A stretch of 24,000 bases of DNA from Bacillus sp. T3 (GTDB lineage: Bacteria > Bacillota > Bacilli > Bacillales > Cytobacillaceae): NCBI RefSeq assembly GCF_033449965.1, contig NZ_CP137761.1, positions 2,018,550-2,042,549 on the forward strand, in the 5' to 3' direction. Each line of letters opens with the position of its first letter. Position 1 is the stretch's first letter. Positions 16,386 through 24,000 of the stretch are shown here, piece after piece. A program made the position numbers and the translations under genes. The notes beneath the pieces were generated by a model. It was not told where the DNA came from, searched no databases, and worked only from the letters and a program-made list of their open reading frames with translations.

Positions 16386-18098
16386 TTAGGGCATACACAA
16401 TGTTTGTTTTTGTTGGTTTAATTGATATTTCTTTAATTTACGATAAAGGGTCGAACGGGCAATGTTCATCTTTTTTGCCACGGCAGATAAATTCCAGCCT
16501 GTTTCGTCTAATAAACGAATGAGTAGTTTGCGTTCCTCTGAATCAATTGGCGTTAGGATTTCTTTACTTGAAGCAGCAAGCGAGTTCATTTCTTGCTCCA
16601 ATATATAATGGGGAAGGTCGGCTAATCTAATTTCATCTTCTTCACAAAATAACACCGCATGTTCAAGAACGTTTTGTAGTTCCCTAATGTTTCCGGGCCA
16701 ATGATATTCATAGAAAAATTTACTTATTTCTTCTGAAATCGATAGTTTTTCTTTTAAATATTTTTGTGAAAATAAATCTAAGAAGTGATCTGATAATTGC
16801 TGTAGATCGTCTAATCGTTCTCGTAAAGGAGGGATATTGACTGTCACCACATTAAGACGGAACAACAAATCCTCCCGGAATTGTCCCTGTTTACAAAGGT
16901 CAAACAAATTTTTATTAGTAGCGGCAATAATTCTCACATTGACTGAGATCGGGTGGGATGAACCTAATCTCGTTACCTCTTTTTCTTGTAATACTCTTAG
17001 CAGGTGCACCTGTAGGTCTAATGGCATTTCACCAATTTCATCTAAAAATAATGTACCGCCATTTGCCTCCTCAAACTTCCCTTTTTTCCAGGTATTCGAA
17101 GCACCAGTGAAAGCTCCTTTTTCATAACCAAATAATTCACTACCAATCAATTCTTTTTGTATTGCTCCACAGTTAATGGCCAAAAAGGGTTGAGTGCTGC
17201 GTAAGCTCGATTTATGAATCGCTTGTGCGATCTTTTCTTTTCCGGTCCCACTTTCCCCTAAAAGTAAAACAGGGACATTAGAGGGAGCGGCTTTATTGCA
17301 TTTAGATAATGAATTTACTAATATTTCGGATGTACCAATTACTTCTTGCCAAGGTTCCTCATTTAGTTTGTTCCGGTAAAATGTCTTGCTAACTTGATGC
17401 TGCCCTTTACCGATTAAAGAGTAGTTGGGCTGCAAATAATTCTTGGCTAGCTCGTGTTGTATCAATTGTGAAAGGGAAACAGCGAGGCCTAGAGTATGTG
17501 GTTGTGCATTTCCCCAAAATCCAGTTAAATCAATGGCTCCAATAATTTCTTTTGTAAATGGATGAGTAATCGGAGCAGAGGAGCAAGTCCATGGATGACA
17601 GCCTTGGCAAAAATGTTCTGCTGAGAAGATTTGAATTGGCTTTTTGGTGACGATACTTGTCCCAATTGCATTTGTACCAGCACTTGCTTCACTCCAATCC
17701 ATTCCAAGTGAGAAGTTCATTCTTTCTGCCTCGCGCATAACATCGGGCTCGCCTTTTAAATAAATAATGCACCCCTCATGGTTAGCTAGAGTAATGAGGT
17801 AGCCTGTTCCCTTCATTTTGTAGAAGAAATCATCGATGATGGGCTTTGCATTTTTGAAGAGTTCAGATTCTGTCCATAAAAGTTTAAGATCATATTCCGA
17901 TAAAATCGGTTTTGCCAGCATTTGTTGAGGATTGACTCCGGTGGTTTGACATCGCCTCCAAGAATCTAATACATTTTTTCTTAATTGATTAATTTCTTCT
18001 CCTGTTTCCCACGATTTTGTTACATATCTTTCCCATAAAGCAGTTAGTTCCTTTGTTTTATTGGGTATATCTTGGGTTGAAAAGATTGAAATCATCAC
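16386..18098 (-). CDS. sigma-54-dependent transcriptional activator (AcoR/AcxR-like bacterial enhancer-binding protein)
   Basis: 570 aa. N-terminal sensory (GAF-like) region; AAA+ core with Walker A GESGTGKE, GAFTGA loop (EKGAFTGA) and ATNKNL; C-terminal Fis-type HTH (IARSTLYRKLKKY). Divergent from the carboxylase operon. Confidence 0.85.
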   Translation of the reverse strand: MMISIFSTQDIPNKTKELTALWERYVTKSWETGEEINQLRKNVLDSWRRCQTTGVNPQQMLAKPILSEYDLKLLWTESELFKNAKPIIDDFFYKMKGTGYLITLANHEGCIIYLKGEPDVMREAERMNFSLGMDWSEASAGTNAIGTSIVTKKPIQIFSAEHFCQGCHPWTCSSAPITHPFTKEIIGAIDLTGFWGNAQPHTLGLAVSLSQLIQHELAKNYLQPNYSLIGKGQHQVSKTFYRNKLNEEPWQEVIGTSEILVNSLSKCNKAAPSNVPVLLLGESGTGKEKIAQAIHKSSLRSTQPFLAINCGAIQKELIGSELFGYEKGAFTGASNTWKKGKFEEANGGTLFLDEIGEMPLDLQVHLLRVLQEKEVTRLGSSHPISVNVRIIAATNKNLFDLCKQGQFREDLLFRLNVVTVNIPPLRERLDDLQQLSDHFLDLFSQKYLKEKLSISEEISKFFYEYHWPGNIRELQNVLEHAVLFCEEDEIRLADLPHYILEQEMNSLAASSKEILTPIDSEERKLLIRLLDETGWNLSAVAKKMNIARSTLYRKLKKYQLNQQKQTLCMP

Positions 18099-18223
18099 TT
18101 ACCCCCTTGAAACGAAGAGAATACTGAATTTTTAGAAAATTGCTACAACGGTTACATTTTACCATTTTTATTGGAAAAAATGTATGTGCCATTTTTACTT
18201 GTTTTGTCGTATTTGGATTTTTT

Positions 18224-18251
18224 GCAACACCTGTAGCGCTACACCTGTTGC
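18224..18251. promoter_or_regulatory. candidate enhancer (UAS) for the sigma-54 activator
   Basis: gcaacacctgtagcgctacacctgttgc is palindromic at 24 of 28 positions and contains two ACACCTGT copies 14 bp apart. A third copy, acacttgt, lies at 18260-18267. The centre is about 80 bp upstream of the -24 element. Confidence 0.5.
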
Positions 18252-18314
18252 GAATCACTACACTTGTTCATGATAAAAGGTTAGAAAATCTCACAACATC
18301 AGACTTTTAGAGTT

Positions 18315-18330
18315 TGGCACGGGACTTGCA
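18315..18330 (+). promoter_or_regulatory. sigma-54 (-24/-12) promoter of the acx-like operon
   Basis: tggcacgggacttgca exactly matches TGGCAC-N5-TTGCA. It lies 54 nt upstream of the first ATG (18384). Confidence 0.85.
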
Positions 18331-18383
18331 ACATAGATAAGTGGATAAACCAAAAGGTTTTAAGGTAAGAAAGGGAGAATCGG

Positions 18384-20531
18384 ATGGAAAAAACGTCAGC
18401 TAGGAAAGCACAAATTCTTGCAATTGATGCAGGGGGAACGATGACCGACACATTCATTATTGATGATAATGGTGATTTCGTTGTTGGAAAAGCACAATCA
18501 ACTCCTGAGGATGAATCAATTGGGCTATTAAACTCAGCAAGAGACGCACTAACCTATTGGGATACGACAGTTGAAGCAGAATTTCCAAAACTTTTAGCAG
18601 GTGTCTATTCAGGAACAGCGATGCTGAACCGGCTTGTTTCAAGAAATGGACGCAAGGTTGGTTTAATTGTAAATAAAGGGATGGAAGACTTTCATCGCAT
18701 GGGCCGTGCCATTCAAGCTTACCTAGGTTATTCCTATTCAGACCGATTACACTTAAACACACATCGCTATGATCCACCTCTTGTGCCACGTGAACGGACA
18801 AGGGGTGTTACAGAGCGCGTTGATATTTTTGGTAACGTAGTAATCCCATTATATGAGCATGAAGTAGAAGGAGCGGTACAGGAACTGTTAGACCAGGACG
18901 TCGAAGCAATTGTTATCAGCCTCCTTCATTCTTACAAATATCCAGCACATGAACGGAAAATAAGAGATATTGCAAAAGAAACGATGAAGAAAGCTGGCAA
19001 GGATGTTCCGATTTTTGCATCCGTTGATTATTATCCTGTTAGAAAAGAATCACATCGAACAAACACGACAATTATTGAAGCGTATGCAGCAGATCCTTCA
19101 CGTGAAACATTACTAAAAATCAATGATATGCTCCAGGACCATGGTTCCACCTTTGACCTGCGTGTTATGGCAAGCCATGGTGGAACGATCAGTACTCAAG
19201 CAAATGAGCTGGCAAGAACGCTTGTATCGGGACCAATTGGTGGCGTTGTAGGGGCGAAATATCTTGGGGAAGCATTAGGAATTCCAAATATAGCCTGTTC
19301 AGATATCGGCGGAACAAGCTTTGATATGGCGTTAATTACTCAAGGTGACTTAAGTATTAACTCAAGTCCAGATATGGCGAGATTAGTATTATCGCTCCCG
19401 CTTGTCGCGATGGATACGGTTGGAGCTGGTGCTGGTAGCTATGTTCGCATCGATCCGAATTTCAAATCTCTTACTCTAGGACCAGATAGTGCGGGTTCAA
19501 AGGTTGGAGTCTGTTATCCGGAAGGTGGAGTTACGACTGTAACCGTATCAGATTGTCACGTTGTCTTAGGATTAATCAATCCAGATAACTTCCTCGGTGG
19601 TGAAGTAAAGCTTGATCCGAAGCGTGCCTATGAAGCTGTCAAAACCCAAATTGCTGAACCATTAGGTTTAAGTGTAGAGGATGCTGCCTATGGTGTCATT
19701 GATTTACTAGAATCACAGTTACGAAATTACTTAGAATCAATGATTTTGGGCAAAGGATATTCACCATCTCAATATGTTTGCTTTTCATATGGCGGCGGTG
19801 GACCACTTCATACTGCAGGCTACACAAAAGGACTAGGCTTTGAGGATGTGCTCGTTCCAGCATGGGCAGCTGGTTTCTCGGCATTTGGTTGTGGGGCAGC
19901 TGACTTTGAATATCGTTACGACAAAACCCTCGATATCAATGTCGATGACAGAGCAGGGGATGACGTTAAGTTAAAAGCTGGAATTGAATTACAGGATGCT
20001 TGGGATGAATTAATGGAAAAAGTGGCAGCAGAATTTGAAAAGAATAAATTTGACCGTAAAGATGTAGACTTCCGTCTTTACTTCCGTATGCAGTACCAAG
20101 GCCAGCTAAATGACCTAGAAATTGAAGCACCTATTCAATCGCTTAAGAGCGTTAGCGACTTCGAGGCACTTGTTGAAGCCTTTGAAGAAACGTATACGAG
20201 GGTTTATGCGAAGGCGGCGAAATCACCTGAGCTTGGTTACAGTATTACAGGGGCGATTATCCGTGGAATTGTTGAGGTAGCCAAACCGAGAATACCGAAG
20301 GAGCCATTATTAGGAGAAAAACCTACTGGAGATGCCTTCCTGGGTCGACGAAATGTTTACTGGAAGGGCGAGTGGATCAAGGCCAATATTTGGGAAATGG
20401 AAAAAATTAATCCTGGCAATAAAATCGGTGCATTTTCGATCTTGGAATCACCGGCAACTACCTTTGTCATCCCACCAGGTTTTGAAGCGTATTTAGACGA
20501 GCGCCGTATTTTCCATTTGAAAGAACTTTAA
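18384..20531 (+). CDS. acxA: acetone carboxylase beta subunit-like protein (hydantoinase A / oxoprolinase family)
   Basis: 715 aa. N-terminal ILAIDAGGTMTD and internal SDIGGTSFD (ASKHA-fold ATPase motifs). The size and first position in a three-gene set match the Xanthobacter acxABC organisation. Confidence 0.8.
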   Translation: MEKTSARKAQILAIDAGGTMTDTFIIDDNGDFVVGKAQSTPEDESIGLLNSARDALTYWDTTVEAEFPKLLAGVYSGTAMLNRLVSRNGRKVGLIVNKGMEDFHRMGRAIQAYLGYSYSDRLHLNTHRYDPPLVPRERTRGVTERVDIFGNVVIPLYEHEVEGAVQELLDQDVEAIVISLLHSYKYPAHERKIRDIAKETMKKAGKDVPIFASVDYYPVRKESHRTNTTIIEAYAADPSRETLLKINDMLQDHGSTFDLRVMASHGGTISTQANELARTLVSGPIGGVVGAKYLGEALGIPNIACSDIGGTSFDMALITQGDLSINSSPDMARLVLSLPLVAMDTVGAGAGSYVRIDPNFKSLTLGPDSAGSKVGVCYPEGGVTTVTVSDCHVVLGLINPDNFLGGEVKLDPKRAYEAVKTQIAEPLGLSVEDAAYGVIDLLESQLRNYLESMILGKGYSPSQYVCFSYGGGGPLHTAGYTKGLGFEDVLVPAWAAGFSAFGCGAADFEYRYDKTLDINVDDRAGDDVKLKAGIELQDAWDELMEKVAAEFEKNKFDRKDVDFRLYFRMQYQGQLNDLEIEAPIQSLKSVSDFEALVEAFEETYTRVYAKAAKSPELGYSITGAIIRGIVEVAKPRIPKEPLLGEKPTGDAFLGRRNVYWKGEWIKANIWEMEKINPGNKIGAFSILESPATTFVIPPGFEAYLDERRIFHLKEL

Positions 20532-20547
20532 TGGGGGAGGTTTTTGA

Positions 20548-22820
20548 ATGAAGAACACGACAGAACAAGGCTTACAAAGGAAGAGAAATATAGGCTGGGA
20601 CGGTAAAACAGTAAAGCAAATGCGGCAGGAAATCGATACGCTTAGCCGTGAATCCGGGCATTACGCAGGCTTGAGAACGTTGCCGTTAAAGGAAACGGAT
20701 CCCATCCGCTATGAAAAAATCTTTTCAAAATTACGCGGAGGAGTCGTTCATGCTCGTGAAACTGCGAAAAAAGTAGCTGCCTCCCCGATTGTTGAGCAAG
20801 AAGGGGAACTATGCTTCACCCTTTATACTCCAGAAGCCGATTCAGTCGTAACGAGTACGGGAATCATCATTCACGTTGGTACGATGGGCTCAGCGATCAA
20901 ATATATGATCAAAAATGATTATGAAGACAATCCAGGAATCGAGGATGGCGACATTTTCTGTAATAATGATTGCCAAATCGGAAATGTCCATCCATGTGAT
21001 GTTCATACCATCGTTCCAATCTTCAATGAAGGAGAACTGATTGGCTGGGTTGGTGGTGTGACACACGTAATCGATGTGGGTGCAACAGCACGGGAAGTAT
21101 GACGGTTGGACCGGTCACCCGTTACGATGATGGTTATCAAGTTGCTTGTCGTAAAATCGGCAAGAAAGATACCCTTCTGAAGGATTGGGTCATTGAATCA
21201 CAACGCTCAGTTCGGACGACTAAATATTGGCTTCTTGATGAGCGGACGCGGATTGCGGGCTGTCATATGATTCGTGACCTCGTGCTCGATATTATTAAAG
21301 AAGAAGGCGTCGACACCTATAAGCATTTCATTCGTGAAGTCATCGAGGATGGTCGTCGAGGCTTTGTTAACCAAGTCAAAAGCATGCTCATTCCAGGTAA
21401 ATATCGTCAAGTATCATTTGTTGACGTACCTTATAAGGAATTAGATGTACCTCCTTACGCACGCGTGAACACAATCATGCATGCACCGACTGAAATGACG
21501 ATTCATAAGGATGGTAAATTCCAAATTGATTTCGAAGGGGTTAACCGTTGGGGCTGGCACAGTTACAACGCAACCCCAGTCGCCATCACGAGTGGTATTT
21601 GGGTTATGATGTCTCAAACCTTAATTCCAAACGACCGTGTAAATGATGGTGCCCTATATGCATCACAATTTGATTTACCATATGGTTCATGGCTAAATCC
21701 TGACGATATTCGAACAGCCCATAGTTATGCGTGGCATTTCCTAGTTTCGGCATGGAGTCCGTTATGGCGTGCCTTGAGCCGGAACTATTTTGCCCGTGGT
21801 TACCTAGAAGAAGTAAATGCAGGGAATGCGAATACTTCGAACTGGCTGCAAGGCGGTGGGATGAATCAATTTGGAGAAAATCACGCCGTTAATAGCTTTG
21901 AATCCGCAGCTGAAGGAGTTGGGGCAAGTGCGGTTCGTGATGGCATTTCACACGCAGCTGCCATCTGGAATCCTGAAGGCGATATGGGAGACATGGAGAT
22001 TTGGGAGCTTGCAGAGCCGTTGATCTACCTTGGTCGAAGCATCAAGCCAAATACGGCTGGTTATGGAAAATATCGTGGCGGTAGCGGCTATGAAACGTTA
22101 CGAATGGTTTATGGTGCCAAGGACTGGACGATGTTCTTCATGGGCAACGGCTATATGTCCAGTGATTGTGGTTTAATGGGAGGCTATCCGGCTGCATCGG
22201 GTTACCGTTTTGAAGCACATAAAACGAATTTAAAAGAACGGATTGAAAAGAAATTGCCTCTTCCAACTGGCGGCGACATCGATCCTGACAATCCAAATTA
22301 TGATGAGTTAATCGCTGGTGCGGAGATTATCCGGGATAAACAAGCGATTACAACTGAAACCATTTTCGAAGATTATGATCTGTACTTGAACTACCTGCGT
22401 GGGGGCCCTGGCTTTGGTGATCCACTTGAACGCAATGTCAAATCCATCGAGGAAGACTTAAAAGATGGACATCTTCTGCCACGATTTGCCGAGAAGGTAT
22501 ACGGTGCGGTCGTCATTCAGAATGAAAGTGGTCAATATATTGTTGATGGAAAAGCAACAGAGACTCGTCGACTCGAAATTCGGAAAGAGCGTTTGAAACG
22601 TGGTGTACCAGTATCCGAGTGGATAAAGCAGGAGCGTGAATCAATTGTGGAAAAGGATGCTTCTGTCCAAGTGCGCCACATGTATGCCTCTAGCTTTGCA
22701 TTAAGTGAAACCTTTGCTCGTGAATTTAAAGAATTCTGGAACCTTCCAACCCAGTGGAAGCTAACGGAGGATGAATTGGGTGTTCCAGTGTTTGGACGTA
22801 AAATAGACCATAATAAATAA
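20548..22820 (+). pseudogene. acxB: acetone carboxylase alpha subunit-like protein (hydantoinase B family), split by a 1-nt frame disruption
   Basis: ORFs 20548-21102 and 21099-22820 read as one protein of about 757 aa. The frames join within gcacgggaagt (21088-21098), giving ...HVIDVGATA(P/R)GSMTVGP..., a hydantoinase B-type motif. Confidence 0.8.
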
Positions 22821-22849
22821 TTATTATATGGAAAGAGTGGGGTGAAATC

Positions 22850-23344
22850 ATGACACAATATGATCGCAAAACGATTGAAGAATTAATTGATGGAACGATT
22901 GATTTTTACAAACTAAAGGAAATGCTCTCAACCTTTAAAGATCATGATCGATTTGACAAATACATCAGTATCCTTCAAGAACGGGTTTCGTGGAAGGATC
23001 CGATTTTGTTACCAGCAGGGCTCCATTTATATTACGTATTAAAGCCTGGAGGAGAGCGCGTCGTCAAATGCGATTGTGGTCATGAGTTTTGTTCTGCAGA
23101 CGATAATTGGAAGCTCCATGCGTTAATTAATGTACGTGATACTCCAGAAAAATTAGGTGAACTCTACCCGAAAATGCTTGCGCCAGACCCAGAGTGGCAG
23201 GTCATCCGTGAATATTACTGCCCGGAATGTGCATCACAGCTTGAGGTTGAAGCCGTTACACCGTGGTATCCAATTTTGAAAGACTTTGAGCCGGACATCG
23301 ATGCATTTTATGAGGAGTGGTTGAAAAAGCCATTGCCTTTGTAA
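22850..23344 (+). CDS. acxC: acetone carboxylase gamma subunit-like protein
   Basis: 164 aa. Two Cys pairs (CDCGHEFC and CPEC) are consistent with a Zn site. Size and position match the gamma subunit. Confidence 0.8.
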   Translation: MTQYDRKTIEELIDGTIDFYKLKEMLSTFKDHDRFDKYISILQERVSWKDPILLPAGLHLYYVLKPGGERVVKCDCGHEFCSADDNWKLHALINVRDTPEKLGELYPKMLAPDPEWQVIREYYCPECASQLEVEAVTPWYPILKDFEPDIDAFYEEWLKKPLPL

Positions 23345-23440
23345 AATAACAAAAACAGGGATCGTAAACATCTTGTTTAGATTGGGCTATTAGTAAATGG
23401 GCGACAGCATAATTGCTGTTGCAGCAGATTGTCTCCGTAA

Positions 23441-23476
23441 GGGGTTCGGAATGGTCAACATTCCGAACCCCTTTTT
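23441..23476 (+). terminator. rho-independent terminator downstream of the acx-like operon
   Basis: 12-bp perfect stem ggggttcggaat / attccgaacccc, 7-nt loop, then T5. Confidence 0.85.
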
Positions 23477-23562
23477 AGAGTTTTCCATAATCGGATTGGC
23501 AAACCTAACCCAATCCATAATTGGACATCGCTGGTCCAGATTAATCTAAGCTAATCAAAGTG

Positions 23563-23753
23563 CGGTTATTGAACGGACATATAGGCCCTTATTTTGAGAA
23601 AATAACCATTTTGACAGACTTATGCGGACACAGGATACTCTATTTATATAAAAACCACTGAATTATGCCAAAAAATGATTGAATAGCGAACTTGTTGTCC
23701 GCTTAGCCTATTAAAACCACACTTTTTGCGGAAATAGAGGAACAAATGTCCGC
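23563..23753 (+). repeat. AT-rich interspersed element of about 192 bp, copy B
   Basis: Collinear with 14095-14286 in the same orientation. Ends in atgtccgc. Confidence 0.8.
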
Positions 23754-23773
23754 TGCCTCATAAGTTTGTCTGG

Positions 23774-23802
23774 GGCGACAGCATTAATGCTGTCGCCTTT
23801 TT
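23774..23802 (+). terminator. rho-independent terminator-like hairpin after element copy B
   Basis: ggcgacagcat / atgctgtcgcc stem, followed by T5. Confidence 0.75.
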
Positions 23803-23926
23803 ATGTGGATTGAAAATTTAGATAGGGCTATGTTAATTATCTACAACCAAAAAGAATATTTGCTATTTCCTTGTTAAACACTCATTATTAAAAGGATGAG
23901 TTAAAAAAGGAAAGTAGGGGTTTTGT

Positions 23927-24000
23927 TTGCCTGATTTTTTATCAATGGGTATTTCTGAAGAATTAGTAAAAAAATTAACGGAAAATGGAGTGGTGGTTCC
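23927..24000 (+). CDS. probable DEAD-box RNA helicase, N-terminal fragment (continues beyond the window)
   Basis: TTG start lies 6 nt after gtagggg. The translation (M)PDFLSMGISEELVKKLTENGVVVP resembles the Q-motif-proximal N-terminus of DEAD-box helicases (F..LG(I/L)S..L...L...G...PT). Only 24 codons are visible. Confidence 0.4.
   Translation, partial: MPDFLSMGISEELVKKLTENGVVV

Noticed and set aside
18141-18156. A cre (CcpA) site, tgctacaacggttaca, in the activator leader.
   Set aside because: It has the TG...CG...CA outline but is two bases longer than the 14-nt cre consensus and mismatches its 3' half. It is too weak to call without a PWM score.
4702-21098. Programmed ribosomal frameshifting at the split genes (S8 protease, RNase H, acxB).
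   Set aside because: There are no slippery heptamers or downstream stimulatory structures. The affected genes belong to unrelated families that are normally single ORFs. All sites are simple short homopolymers needing the same 1-nt correction, so an indel (probably technical) is the simpler explanation.
1-24000. A genomic island, prophage or defence locus.
   Set aside because: No integrase, transposase, phage structural, restriction-modification, toxin-antitoxin or cas-like genes are visible. There is no tRNA attachment site. Composition is uniform apart from the small GC-rich repeats.

Overview
Low-GC, Bacillaceae-type chromosomal segment, judged from gene content, GGAGG-type ribosome binding sites and hairpin plus T-run terminators. 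I can support about 21 protein genes. They are the ppdK 3' end, exoA, a small SplA-like ORF, dacC (PBP4 family), an S8 subtilisin-like protease, a repeat-rich beta-solenoid-like protein, a nitronate monooxygenase-family flavoenzyme, a type 1 RNase H with a hybrid-binding domain, an ABC1/UbiB-family kinase, a long E. coli-type speD, a GNAT acetyltransferase, cspB, a YpuA-like DUF1002 secreted protein, and a divergent sigma-54 activator plus acetone-carboxylase-like acxABC operon with a textbook -24/-12 promoter. A probable DEAD-box helicase starts at the right edge. I see no rRNA, tRNA, CRISPR array, transposase, integrase or recognisable defence genes, and no convincing evidence for a new multi-gene system. 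The unusual content is mostly non-coding. (1) An 11-unit 52-bp tandem array of hairpin-forming repeats lies between dacC and the protease. (2) Nine TATG-core repeats phased every 20-21 bp lie in a long gap between convergent genes. (3) Two copies of a roughly 192-bp AT-rich element occur, one supplying the stop codon of the GNAT gene. (4) Two inverted copies of a GC-rich palindromic interspersed element occur. Separately, four genes (five sites, one more suspected) are broken by frame disruptions. Each is explained by a single missing base in a short homopolymer, which suggests a sequencing or assembly artefact rather than gene decay. All homology calls come from reading the translations and recalling family motifs; no database search was run.
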